Shown here in pieces: positions 1 through 13,248 of a stretch of 64,000 nt of DNA. A program made the position numbers and the translations under genes. Source of the DNA: the human T2T-CHM13v2.0 reference genome, Homo sapiens; NCBI RefSeq assembly GCF_009914755.1, contig NC_060927.1; one strand, 5' to 3'. Every line of letters starts with the position of its first letter. Position 1 is the first letter of the stretch. A model generated the notes under the pieces. That model saw only the letters and a list, made by a program, of their open reading frames with translations, did not search any database and was not told the DNA's origin.

Positions 1-87
1 CCTGAACCCAGGAGTTTGAAGTCACAGTGAGCTGTTATTATGCCACTGCACTCCAGCTTGAGCAACAGAGCAGCAAGTTCCTGTCTC
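1..87 (+). mobile_element. 3' end of old Alu (AluJ/FRAM-like), cut by window edge
   Basis: cctgaacccaggagtttga...gccactgcactccagc...gtctc matches the Alu right-arm end. Confidence 0.85.
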
Positions 88-903
88 CCCGCCCCTCAAC
101 CAAAAAGGAATATTTTGTTGTAATGGTTAAACTTTAATCAAAGAGGATCTCTGAGGCAAGTTATTTAGCTTCCCTAGCAGGAGGAAATTAAGAAAACTAA
201 ATTATATTCTTTGAATAAAAGACAATTTAGAACCTAAGACTTTGCTTTCTTAAAAAATGTTAGGATTAGAAACTATTGTCATATTTCCCTAAAATTGCTG
301 ACGTAGTAATTGGAGGTGTCTCTCAGTAGACCCTAGAACTTATTTTATTATGTAAAAAGTGATGAAACCAAGAAGATTACAACATGTTTTTTTTTTCTTC
401 TTATAAATCTTCACAGGCCTGAATTATAGCAGAACTTTTATCCAATCTACTTTTAATTTGCTATTGGGTCAAAGGTCCATGCTAGTGGGATGGGCACTAT
501 AATTAACGATTGCCACCTGTGTGAATTCTTTTGCATTTAAAGCACGTAAGCCCACCCCTGAGCCCAGTTAATATGAAGCACTGAACCAAGATGGCTGTAC
601 CCTATCGTGTGATTCCCTCCTTGTGAACGGGTACAGCTTCAGTGAAGAAGTTTCAGTTTGGCTTAAGATTTAGCAAAAGAACTTGGTAGTCTCCTCATTT
701 CAAGACGGTTAACTATGTCACGTCATGGAAAGGAGGTATTGTGAAGAAGCAGGCAAAGATTTTGAATAATCTAATTTCTTTTTCTGCATTGTGATGTTTA
801 AGACTGCTAAATGAAAACCATTGTTTTTGCAGAATCCTGAACATCATCATAAAAAGACAGTCACCAGTCCTGCTCATCTGGAGGACTGTTCTCACAATCT
901 TCA

Positions 904-1276
<373 letters not shown>

Positions 1277-1867
1277 TTAGCCCTACCTGGTTTTTAGAAT
1301 GCTTACTCCAGTTAATCAGTTCAACTCAAGGCAGCAGTTTCTTGCCAGGAAGAGCGGAGAGAAAAGAATTGAGCTGATGTCTTTCTCTATATTGCAATAT
1401 CTCTTGAAACAAGGTGGTTCTGGGAGCTTGAGGGTTTTGCTTTTCTTTGAGGTTGGGGAGAGAGTTGTGACTGAGAAAGTGGGAATGGATTCAGGGGGTG
1501 GAACTTCGTTTTACAGCCATGTGATGAAATGTGAAGTAAGTTTTTAGTACAACTCTCATGTAGGTGTAACAAATAGTTAAGCATTAGAATGCCTTCAGGT
1601 GCCACGTTATTGTACTCACCTGGAAGTTAAACAGACTCTTCTAAAGCAGCTCTCTTGCTTTAGAAGGTTTTGGTCTCAAACCTCCGTATTCTGGTGTTTC
1701 TAAATGTGGTAATCTTTCTGGTTTAGTATGTTTCACAAAATCCCAGACTCAACCAATATAATCAGTATGCTTTGCTTAGTCATTAAGGTTTTCCAGGGTA
1801 AAATATGCAAAGATATTAAAATCTGAATTGTAAGTTTTATATACTTTGGGGACTTGGAAGTTTATAT

Positions 1868-2183
1868 CATACGTCTGCAAACATTTTCTGTAAAGGACTA
1901 GACAGTAAATATTTTAGGCTTTTTGTGGGCCATATGGTCTGTCACATGACTCAATTCTGCCATTGTAGCAATAAAGCAGCCCTGGATAAGATGCAAAGGA
2001 GTATGGTATGTTCCAATAAAACTTTATTTGTAGACACTGAAATTTAAATTCTATATTATTCTCAGGTGTTGTAAAATATATTTTCCTTGCAATTTCTTTT
2101 CCATCTCAAAGGTTGGGAATAAAAACAAAAAAAAATGGGTGGAAGGATGGATTTGGTCTACAGTTTGTAGTTTGCTGACCTAC
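1868..2183 (+). mobile_element. MER58B (hAT-Charlie)
   Basis: gcaaacattttctgtaaagg...gttccaataaaactttattt...gacactgaaattt...gtagtttgctgacc. Confidence 0.8.
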
Positions 2184-3069
2184 CTTTACATCAATAAAAC
2201 AAGTCAAGTTCTGTGAACCTCCACTTGGTTTGTGATGCTGCCAGGATCTTGTATTATGTTCATGTTAAACTAATCATTTCCCAAAATGAACGGGGCCCGT
2301 GTCAGAGGGGTTAGTGCCTCTTGGGGGTAGGCATCATATCTTTAGCTGCCCATTGTGGAAAAAGGGAGCAGTGGCAAATATTGAAGTCACCTGGCGCTTC
2401 TTGGGTGTTGATTCTGATTGTTCTAGGAATAAACCTTTTGCATTTGGGACATTCTGCCTTCCCAGCCAGTAACCTCCCAACCTTTCTCACCTCCTCTCAG
2501 CCTTCTTTTAGTTCTTCAGCCAGTTAACAGGACATGAGAGAGTTGTCAGCTTGGTTGCTGCTTTTCAGCAGGTCATTTGGCAGAAGGTTTCTTTACATTC
2601 TGCTTTTATTGCTTCTCTGTGATTAAAGGGGTTCCTTTCAAACACACGGCAAGAGTTGTTTGACCATAGCTATTCCTCAGTGTAGGCAAACTCAAGTATA
2701 GAAAACAAACAAACCCATCCACTGCTGCTCCCTCTTACTCTCTATACACACATAAATAAATAATTTGAGGCATGCTGATTGAAGAAAAAAACCCTTTACA
2801 GAAGAGAGCATTGCATGCAGTCTTTAAATTTCTTCTAAATCATTGCAAGCTTTTTCTAAATAGAATACCCCCTAAGTATGTTGAAATTGAGACTATTTAA
2901 AAAGGAAAGCATAACTTGTGTCAGGTGATAATGTGCTGTGTGACATTAGGTACAGAGAGGTGAAGTAACTTATCTGAGTCACTTTCTAAAAAGAGGAATT
3001 GAACTACATGAACTCAAGGGGCTTCTTGTATACTAATGACTTAGTATACAAGTAAACTTGCTACTCAGG

Positions 3070-3201
3070 TTTGTTTGCTAGGAGCAATAGACTATACCAT
3101 GTAGCCTAGGTTCGTATATTTTGTGAAACTCACACAATGACAAAATCACCTATTGATGCATTTCTCAGAAGGTATCCCCATCATTAAGGGATACATGACT
3201 G
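3070..3201 (+). mobile_element. Tigger3/MER7 (Golem) terminal fragment
   Basis: ctaggagcaatagactataccat...gcatttctcagaa..tatcccc..cattaag..catgactg TIR end. Confidence 0.8.
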
Positions 3202-3219
3202 TCTTATATTTGGCAAATA

Positions 3220-3537
3220 TAGTTGACCACTGAGGGTTTTCACTTGTGAATTCAGCCACCACCAATGGAAAACATTTGGTGGGGGCAGGAAGTATCTGTA
3301 CTGAATGTATATAGGCTTTTCCGGTCATTATTCCCTAAATAGTATAGTATAACTACTATTTACATGGCATTACATTGTATTAGGTATAAGTAATCTAGAG
3401 CTGACTTAAAGTATATGGGGAAATGTACATAGATTATATGCAAATACTATGTCATTTTATAAAGAGACTTAGCATCATGAATTTTGGTATCTTCGGGGAG
3501 CCCTGAATCAGTCCTCTATGGTACCAAAGGACAGCTG
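3220..3537 (-). mobile_element. MER2 (TcMar-Tigger)
   Basis: ttgtattaggtataagtaatctagag...tatatgcaaatacta...ttttggtatc, the reverse complement of MER2. Confidence 0.85.
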
Positions 3538-3567
3538 TGTTTATTTCATACCTTCGTTAATACAGAG

Positions 3568-4060
3568 AGGTGGTTCCCAAATGTCTTAGTGTAAGAACAC
3601 TTTCATATGCCTAGAAAAAAATAATCAAGGACCTCAAAGATCTATGTATACAGTTATGCCTATTGATATTTACCATATTAGGAACTAAGAGAATGATTTA
3701 CTGATTTATTAAAATAATAAACTTATCCTTGTTAACAGAAATAACTTGTTATAAAAAAAAAAAAAAACCTTTCCTGAAGCAAAAAAGTTAATGAGAAGTG
3801 TGGAAGATTTCCCCCACAGTTCTGTAGGTCTTTCTAGTGTCTGGCTTAATAGGTAGTTGGGTTCACGTATCTGCTTCTGCATTCAAGCTGCAGTGATATC
3901 ACACGTCATGTAGCCTCTGGAAAACTGCACTGTAACTGATGAAAGGATGAGCGTGAAAAAGACAAGTGACATTTTAGTGTTACTAGCAAAGTAGCTTTGA
4001 CTTGTTGGATGCCCTGCAGGGACCACCAGGGCTCCCTGGATCACAGTTTAAGAACCACTG
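3568..4060 (-). mobile_element. Charlie1b (hAT)
   Basis: tatctgcttctgcattca...gatatcacacgtcatgtagcctctggaaaact...agaaccactg; both TIR ends present. Confidence 0.85.
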
Positions 4061-4544
4061 GTAGGGCAGTAAACCATGGACAAGGTATGTATAATTCCTT
4101 CCATGTAAGTGGATCAGCTGTCCTGCTGACCAGGCACAAACTTCTCACTGTGACTACACTTCCGAAGTTGCTGCCTAAAGATGGTTATCAAATGACCACC
4201 TTTTAAAATCTGTAAGCTAACATTTCCAATGGTAGCACTAGTACCTATGTGTGAGACACACTGCTCTTCACAACTTTACACGGTATGGCTGGAAATAGGA
4301 AAAATGAAGGAAAGAACTGCTGCTGCTGACCCGCATTTCCATCAGGTGTGGGTTTGGTTTCTCACTCTTGTTATAGATTCATACTCAAAGAATTATGACT
4401 CATCAGTCATCGAGTGTTGGAGTGCTATTACAGGCTATAGTGATTAAAAAGTATAAGGTAGCGAATTATATGATTTTTCATCTTCAAGGAAACGAATGTC
4501 CAAAGAGGTGGGTGAAGTTTCCAAGATTACCTGGTGAGGAAGTA

Positions 4545-4894
4545 CAGTCATCCCTCCTTATCCATGTTTTTGCTTTCCACAGTTCTGGTTACCCATAGTT
4601 AACAGGTCTGAAAATATAAGATTGGAAATCCTAGAAATAATTCATAGGTTTCCAATTGCCTGTGATTCTTAGTATCACAATAAAATCTCTGGCTCTCCTG
4701 CTTTGTCCCACCTGGGATGTGAATCTTCCTCTGTCTAGCGTATCCATGCTGTATATTCTGAGTCTGGTAGTCACTTAGTCATTTCAATTATAGGTTACAA
4801 AAACATAGCATATATAGGGTTTATATATCTACAGTTTCAAGTATCCACTGGGGGTCTTGGAATGTATGCCCCACGTATAAGGAGGGGGCTACTC
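4545..4894 (+). mobile_element. Tigger7/MER44-family element
   Basis: TA|cagtcatccctccttatcc ... atccactgggggtcttggaatgtat..ataaggagggggctactc|TA. Confidence 0.8.
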
Positions 4895-6379
4895 TACTAA
4901 ACCTGAAGTAGAATTAAGATATCATCTTTATATTATACTGTACTGTATCTGTGGTACCTGCCCTTCGGCAGCCTAGAGTTACAAACTAAATGTAATAATC
5001 AACTAAATTTATAGAGTGTGGATTCCAAAGCAGGTCATTCAGTTACATAGACTCACAGAGGCTGGGGTCAGCTGAGAGAAATACTGGAGCTTTAGTGGGA
5101 ATTGTGAGGCAAACTTTTGAAGTACCAGGAGGACTTGGATGGAAACAATAATGCAGAAGAAATAATGTGGGGAAAGGCACAGAGGCAGAGATGGCCAGAA
5201 AGGAGAATAGCCCCATATTAACACAGAGCATGTGCTGAAGAATAAGGAAAGAGGAGGCTGATTGATGGGGTGATGGCAGCCATACCCTGTCCAAATCAGG
5301 AGCATCCATTTTGAGATGCCTCATCTAACTGGGGCTGCAGACAAATGGCTTGTGAAAAGATCCGTACTAACAGAGCTTTACAAGGATTCCACCCAAGATT
5401 TTGGCCATTTAACTTCATGGATGAACCAACCGAGCTAACCAGCCACAGATGCTTTGTTTATAACCAGAGGAATTCATGTGAGCTTGGTGATGACAATTCC
5501 CTGTCTATAAAACGCTGATAGTTAAACAGTGATACTGTGTGAAGCACTTGGAGTCTCTATCTCGGGAGGCAGTTCTTAAGTGTAATGGTTTAATGGTCAT
5601 TTAGCATGATGGGCCTTTGGAGTGTAATATCATTTGCCTGCCAGTTAAAATGAACACTTCTCTGTGGGAAGTCAAAGATCATGTCAGCGTAACCTGGATT
5701 AGGGGAAGGAAAGCATCAAGAAGTGAATGCCAAAATAGAAAACAGGGAATAAGATTTCTTGTACGCCTGGCCTGTTCATAAATCCAATTTAATTAGAGAA
5801 CACCACTAATTTTCACTGACTAGGGGAGGCGGAAATTTTCTATGAAGCAACAAGTTTGACTTTTTTTTTTTTTTAAAGGAATGCTGCTTTATCTTCACTT
5901 TCCTCCTGTCATTAGACTAACACTTTTCTAATCTTATTTGATAACCTCCTACTTCACTGATAAAATCGAGATTATGAAAATAAGCTGAACTTCTTGCCCA
6001 CCCAGAAACTTCTGTATCTATGTTTCCATTCTTCCTGCCCATGTGTGAGGATGGAGGCATACCTTCTCCTGTTCAAGGCCCGCCCCTCCCTGAGGCTCTT
6101 GGCGCCACCCTATCTCAATGTCCTGCCAATCCCAATTCTTCATTAACCCTGACTTGTATATTTTCAATCTGTCTCTGCCCATGAATGTGATTTTCTGCCC
6201 TAAGCTTAGAAATGTAGACAAGTTTCACTAACTTTTGCTCCTCTATCCTTCTTTTGCTGCACTTGCACTGAGCTTACTTGTTTCACCCATAACACTGAAC
6301 TGTGAGCATGCACACAGTCACTGATGTTCTGATTGCAGGCATGATGGCATTCAAGTTGTATAACACGGCAGGGGCTGGA

Positions 6380-6780
6380 ACTGTTGGTATCCAGGTTCTG
6401 TCCTCCTCTGATGTCAGACACACCATCCATCCTTTGCTGTGTTTATCTTATCGACCTGGTTCCTTGTTCTTTTCCTTTGCCATTCAGTGTTGTTCCTTTG
6501 CGTTTTTTCTTCCTTTGCTGTCCAGTGTTGGTAGGCCTCTGGATACTTCCCTGGCTCTCTTCCTTGCTTAGGCTCCATGTGTTGCTGGGGCAATGTTGTT
6601 TGCACATGCCATTTTAGTAAGCACCTTATTCTGTCTTCTGAATCTATACTTCCAGCCCTGCTGTTTCCTTCGAGTTCCAGAACCAGGTGTTCAACTCAGA
6701 CTCACTCTCTCATATCCAAACTCAGTTTACTCTTCAACCTTGTTCCTTCTTTATTGCTAGTCTCAACTCCTGGCGTCAAA
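6380..6780 (+). mobile_element. L2 fragment
   Basis: Degenerate tccagccctg..gagttccaga..catatccaaact similarity to the L2 3' region. Confidence 0.5.
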
Positions 6781-6962
6781 CTCCACAGACTATGGCTGGT
6801 AGGCCCAAATCCAGGCTGCTAATGTTTTGTAAGTGATTTTTTGGAATATGGCCACAGCTATTATTTTTTAAGTATTTTTTTATGCTCTAAAAAAGATCAT
6901 GTTGCCTGCAAAGACTAAAAAATTTACTATCAATCTTTTACAAAAAAGTTTTGCCAACCTTT
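6781..6962 (-). mobile_element. MER58A fragment
   Basis: actatggc..ggcccaaatcc...aaatttactatc...tttacaaaaaagttttgccaacc. Confidence 0.65.
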
Positions 6963-6964
6963 AT

Positions 6965-7107
6965 CCCAGAACATCAAAAGCATTTGGAAGGTGTGTGAAA
7001 ACACAAATTGCTGGGTAGTATTTCTAAAGTTTTTGATTCAAGTTATTTGCATTTGTAATAACTTTCCAGGTAATGCTAGTCAAGGAACTGTACTTTGAAA
7101 AGACTCT
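6965..7107. mobile_element. MER5A-like fragment
   Basis: aaaacacaaattgctggg...tttgcatttgtaataactttccaggtaatgct...actttgaaaa. Confidence 0.55.
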
Positions 7108-7342
7108 TGTTCACAATGGTATTGTCATTCGCTTTCCTCTCCTAAATAGGTATTAAATCTCTCGTCTCCATCGAATGTATTCTCTTCAGTGCTGCCAAAA
7201 GGTTTTTCCAGAAATACATGTCTCCCTATTATATGACAAGTTCTGAGGGTCCCTTCATTACCTACAGATAATATTCATCAACTTGAATAAATTATAGGCC
7301 CTAATAAAAGGTTGAGGACCACAGTATTATATGCATGAACTA

Positions 7343-7529
7343 TAGGAGTCCCTTAGTATACAAGAGGAATTTGTTCCAGGACTTCCTGTGTATACGGAAA
7401 TTTACGTGCACTCAAGTCTCACAGTTGGCCCTGTACACCTGCATATGCAGTGTTTTCCATCCAAGCTGAAAAAAATATACATGTAAGTGGATGCTTGCAG
7501 TTTGACCCATGTTGCTCAAGGGTCAACTG
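7343..7529 (+). mobile_element. MER8 (TcMar-Tigger), internally deleted
   Basis: gttccaggac..actcaagtc..cagttggccctg...taagtgga..gcagttt..gttgctcaagggtcaactg|TA. Confidence 0.8.
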
Positions 7530-7538
7530 TATTTTTTT

Positions 7539-7720
7539 TATGCCAAGCATCTTCAGCATTGACTCGTTGAATCCTCACAATACCCAGTGTAGTAGAAACT
7601 TCTGTTATCCCCATTTTCCAGATGAGCAAATCTAACTTCAATAACAATGTCATGTAACAGGAAGGCTGTGAAATCAGAATTCGAACCCAAGCAGTCTGGT
7701 TCCAGAGACCGTGCTTTACT
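7539..7720 (-). mobile_element. MIR
   Basis: aatcctcacaa...tatccccattttccagatgag...attcgaacccaagcagtctgg. Confidence 0.75.
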
Positions 7721-8855
7721 GAGTCTCACGTAGCCCTCTTCCACCTCTCTGTCCTGTGGTGATTTTCTTATATTTATTATAACTTAATACGTACAAATGT
7801 AAACCTAGATATATTTTTCTATGCTAATAGTTCTTGTACAACTATAAAACCAAAGTGAATACAAACACAATTTGAGTAAAATCTAAATTAACATTAAATT
7901 GATGTGACACATCACTGTGGTCTTACTGAATATTGTCTATTGCAGCATGAATGGGTGTTGATTTGCTACAGTGAGGTTATTGTGGCTTTGACCTAATTGT
8001 GCAGCCTGAGACATGTTGGGTCAGTTATTAGATTTTTTTCAAACACTTGTGAAACTTTTATTTTTATGCCATAATATAACGACATTTGGCCTGAATGTGC
8101 CACACAAATATTAAGTTGACCTCTTTCCCCCTAATTAAGCTATTTCTAGGTAGTACCACTTAATCCACACCATCAAAAGTAAAACATTGGTCCTGAATGC
8201 CACAGGGATTCTGGATTTTAAGGTGGTTAGCTGCGGACACCAATCTGAGGAATGCTGGCCCCAGGATGAAGTCTAACTCCTAGGCTGACGTTCAATTCCC
8301 TTCACACCTGATCCTGCCAACCTCTCATTTCATCTCTTACCATTCTCTTATGCTTTCCATTTTACCAGTCCTAACGGCTTGTAATTCCAGGAACTGTCTC
8401 ATCCCCCCACGCTTTTGCACATACCATTTCTCTGAGTGACTACCTTGTCCAGTCCTCAAGCCCACACCTCAAATCCACTCTACTCTCAACTCCTCTTCAT
8501 CCTTTAAAATTCTACTTTAGCATAGAAGCCTCATAAACTATTTAAACTGACATGTATACAGGGAAAGAAGCTAATGACCCGTTGTAACACAAGGCAAGGC
8601 ACTCTGGATTGTCTTTTCTCATGTACCCATGGTTCCAGATGAATTCCAGCATGCCACACAGCATGGTTTAAGAAATAGGCTTCGTGGGGGGAATGGGAAA
8701 ACTGACCAAACCAGAATCAGCAAGAGAAGGGAAGATGTGAGCTCCCAACCTCCCTCACCGGCCGAGGGGCTTCCAGGTCTTAGTTATCTGCAGGCCTCAC
8801 AGTATGTGGGGTTTTCTTCCAAATGCAAGTATTCTTTCCTTCTTGCTTTTCAGTT

Positions 8856-9573
8856 TGTAACTGCCCAATGAGTTCTTCTTGCCCACTGCCCAGATAGAGC
8901 TGATTTATCACATCAGGAGAATTGAAATAAAGAGTTTTACACATGTAGAGCTGGTTAAAGGGGAGAGCAGGGTTTTATTATTCAAATCAGCCTCCCCAAG
9001 GATTTGGAAGCTAGGGTTTTTCAAGGATAGTTTGGTGGGAGAAAGGGAGAGTGACTAGGCAGTGGATGCTTGCTGATGATTGACTGGGGGTACAATCACA
9101 GGGGTGTGGGAAATGGTCTTCATTTGGTGGGGTTACAGGAGGGTCTGGAGGTCCAAGTGGAGCCATTGGTCATCAGATATGCAAAAAACGTGAAAAGGCA
9201 TCTCAAAAGGCCAAGCTTAGGTTCTACAATAGTGATGTTATCTGTAGGAGTAATTGGGGAAGTTTATATTTTTGACCTCTGGAATTATGGCTGGCAATTG
9301 TTTATGTCTACACCTTAGCAGAATTTGTGTTTCTCTCATCCTCCTAGCCTTACAAAGGTGGTCTCTCATTGGCCTTACAAAGGTGGTTAAGTTTTGGGGA
9401 GGGGCTATTATCATTTAAAACTATAAACTAAATATCTCCCAAAGTTAGTTTGGCCAAGCCCAGGAATAAATAAGGGCAGTTTGAAGGCTAAATGCAAGAT
9501 GGGAGTTGGTTAAATGAGATCTTTCACTGCCACAATTTTCTCACTATTAATAATTTTTGCGAAGGCAGCCTCA
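8856..9573 (-). mobile_element. LTR8A-like solo LTR (ERV1)
   Basis: tgtaactgcccaatgagttc ... ctataaactaaat..ctcccaaagttagttt...agatctttcactg..aattttctcact..tttgcgaaggcagcctca; TG..CA ends. Confidence 0.85.
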
Positions 9574-10615
9574 CTTTCCTAGGAAAAGCTTGAGGGAGGA
9601 AACTTCTTAGTGGAAAACAAGTCAGGCCAGCTTGGCACCAAGCAGACTCGATTTTGAAGTAATGACTGTTCATATAGTTGTCTCAGAAACCCTTGCTGCC
9701 TAGCACCTGGACACCTTAAAGCCCAGTGGAAATTACTTACCCTTCTGTATGGGAGGGAGCCTTTGGTCTCATGGGAAGCAAACTTTGGGTGCAGGCCCCT
9801 TTCCTGGCAGAAGTGGGGAGTGTGCTCAGTGTTGAAGCAACTCAGAAGGAGACCTCAGGGTCGTTTTTGTGTATACTTGCTCATGCCTCTATCCTCCTCT
9901 TGTTCAGGTCCTGCCAGATTTTTAGTGGTCCATTAAGTTGAAAAATCAACTTTGGAAATTCTCTTAAGAAAAGCCCACAAAAACAACAAAAGGAAATGGT
10001 AGACACTTGGGAAATTTTCATTGACTGCCATTGAGTTCAAGTCAACCATAGGCAGATTTCAAGTCGACTGTGAAATGATTCCCCATTGAGATAAAAGTGC
10101 TCACTGAGATAACAGATGCCCATATTGAAGTGATCAGGGTTGGAGATGATTCATCCTTACTAAGGAAAATGCAATTCCATATCTCTGGACGGCTTGCAGA
10201 AAAAACGGGGCTTGATATCCGAGTTGTAAGAACTATCTGTGAAATTACAATAATTTTCCTGGGGCTGTGTTAGCACTTACTCTTCAATCTTTTTAATGTA
10301 GCTTCAATAAAACAGTATGAAATGCATGTGTTACATGTGGGTGTTAGCCTGTTTTAAAATCTGTCCAGATGCTATTGTCTGGATATAGAAAATCTAGGTT
10401 TTAGAGATCAAAATAATTAATGTAATACACAACAAGAATAGAAGGCACCTCAGAAACACACTTGTACAAATGATGCCAAACTTACTTAGTATTTAATCCA
10501 TTTATAAGGCTGATAAAGCTTTTAAAAAGTGAATTCTTTTCAAAATACTTTATATATTAACTCTGTCGTGGCTACTTTCCATTTCTATTTTTGTGAAACG
10601 AGAACTCAATACTCT

Positions 10616-11225
10616 TGTAAACAAACAACAAAAAAAAATGTTAAGGCTCCTTAACCATCTGCATGGACTCCTCCTCTTGGCCAGGGGCATCCCAAAGTTA
10701 AACTGAAAAATATAGTTCAGGCCATGATGGGAAGGTGGGTGTGGTTGGACTTGCCTCATTATATCCTCTTCCCTTTTGGAATTACTTGGTATAACAGACT
10801 TTTTAGGTATAATAAGAAACATTTACAATCTATTCTCTCTGAAGCCTGCTACCTGGCGACTTCACTTGTGTGATAAAACCTTGGTCTCCACAACCCGTTA
10901 TCTTAACCCAGACATTCCTAAGTCATAGACAATAACTTTTTGAATCAATTGCTAACAGAAAATCTTTATCTACCCATGACCTGGAAGTCCCACCCTGCCA
11001 CTTCCAGATGGCCTGCCTTTCTGGGCCAAACCAATGTACACTTTATATGTATTTAATTTATGTCTCATGTTTCCCTAAAATGTATACAATTAAGCTGTAC
11101 TCTGACCACCTTGGGCACATGTTCTCAGGATCTTCTGAGGGCCATGTCAAAGGCCTTTGGTGACTCATGTTTGGCTCAGAATAAATCTCTTCAAATATTT
11201 TAGAGTTGGACTCTTTTCATCAACA
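10616..11225 (+). mobile_element. MER4B-like solo LTR (ERV1)
   Basis: tgtaaac...ttcaggccatgatgggaag...gaccaccttgggcacatgttctcagga...aataaa (11180)...tcaaca. 4-bp TSD ctct/ccct. Confidence 0.85.
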
Positions 11226-12897
11226 CCCTTCATGTTATCTCTCTCTCATCCAGGAAACTCAGAATAATTCTCAATAAGGTATAGTCTCTTATTCATTTAT
11301 GTATGATGTTATTTTAAATGTCTTACACAGAATGTACAATTAAAATCACTAATAGCAACTAAAGTCTTCATGTGTGAGATTTTTCATAATGTGTCTTAAG
11401 TTGGTTTACAAATCTGGTCAACTTTAGTATTTGTGTATAATATTTTGATGTATTGGAAAAAGATTTTAAAGGAAGTACAATCAGCATATTTCTAGAGTGT
11501 AGAATTTATGGTTTTCACATAAATGTAAAATTAAGACAAATCAAATTATGCTTCCTGATTTTTAGAAAATTAAAACACTTATTTTCTTTTGATTCAATAA
11601 TTATAACAAGCTTGATGTGGAAAATATAAAAAATAGACTAAAACTCTGAAGGAGAGAATGAATCCCTTCACAAAACTAGTTTTACAAAATGCATATACAT
11701 ATGAATTATTCCCTCCCCCAATTAGAATCATATTGTAAATTGACAGTTGTATGAATTTCTTTTCATTATTCTTTGGAATTGTGATGTTTAAATATCTGCA
11801 TAATACTTCATCATACAGACATAGCGTAGCACATTCATTCTCTTTTGTTAGACCTTAAAATATTTTTAAATTTTTTGCATTTTATAAATAAGCAGTAAAC
11901 ATAATTGTATTTCTGTTTATCCTCTCTTCCTAACAGAACTTTAGCAACACTCTTGAATTTTGTGTTAATCATTCCCTGGTTTATCATTCTGCTATTTGTG
12001 TGCAAGCTGAAACAATAGATTGTGTATGAGTATTCCAGTTGTTTTATACGTTCATCAGCCTTTTATATTGTGAAACTTCATTTTTCCGTACTTAGTATGG
12101 AAAATCTCATTTTAGTTTTAGTTGGTATTTACTAATTTACTAATTAGGTTGTATATCACTTCATGTTCAGTGAACATTTACGCTGCATTTTTCCATGAAA
12201 CACCTGTGATATTTTTCTGTTGATTTCTAAAAGTTCTTTGTATATCCTGGAGACTAATCTTTGTTAATTACTTGTGTTGCAAATATCTTCTCCCAGTTTG
12301 AAGCATGTCTTCTAACTATCTTTATGGTGTCTTTTGATGAATACAGTTTATTAATTTTAATGCATTCTAATTTATTTTCTTTTATGACCAATCTCTTAAA
12401 AATAGAAATATTGTTTTCCTATGAACATCTTTAAATCTTGTCTTTCACATAATTCATTTGGAATTGATGTCTGTAACTGATGTGAAGGTAGGGATTCTAT
12501 TTTTCCATAATAGGAAAACTAATTGTTCCAACACTATTTTATAGTCCAAACTTATCTCACTAATAGTGTTTCTGTCATAAGTCAAATTTCTGTATGTATT
12601 TTTCTGGGCTCTTAGTTATGTTTTATTTTTTATAAATTTATATCAACACTGCTTTGTTTAATATTTCTTTATACTAAGTCTTGATTTCTGGCAGTTTAAG
12701 CCTTCTACCTATAGCATTAATTTTTATATCCAGAAACTTTAGAAACTAATTATGTTAATCATTTGATTGTAGCATTTTGGGGATCATATTATCTGTGATT
12801 CTTGTTCTCTCTCACTCATTTTGCCCTGCATGTATGTGTTTGGTGGAGGTGTGGATGAGTACTTTTTACTGCACTGATTAAGAACTCTAGTACACTT

Positions 12898-13248
12898 AAA
12901 ATATGTGTACATAATAGGCACATATATTTATAGGATGCGTGCAATGTTTCTATATAGGCATACAATGTGTGATAATCACATTGGGGTAATTGGGAGATCC
13001 ATCACCTCAAGCGTTTGTCAACTCTTTGGGTAAAGAACATTCTAATTCCCTTCTTTTCATTGTCTTAAAATATACAGTACGTTATTGTTGATTATAGTAA
13101 CCCTGTTGTGCTTTTAAATACTAGATCTTATTCTATCTAACTATATTTTTGAACCTCCTCATTCCCTTTCCCATCCTCCGGTAACCATCATTCTACTCTA
13201 TCTTTATGAGTTCAGTTGTTTTAATTCCATGAGTTCAGGTTTAATTAT
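12898..13248 (-). mobile_element. L1MA (MA3/MA4-like) 3' end
   Basis: catacaatgtgtgataatcacatt..tccatcacctcaagc...ggtaaccatcattctactct. TSD tagtacactt at 12888-12897 and 13249-13258. Confidence 0.8.

Noticed and set aside
5487-5518. Box C (GTGATGA) and box D (CTGA) motifs
   Set aside because: Only ~20 nt apart, with no terminal stem and no further D box at snoRNA distance
7900-7914. Palindrome tgatgtg-a-cacatca
   Set aside because: 7-bp arms are expected by chance in 64 kb
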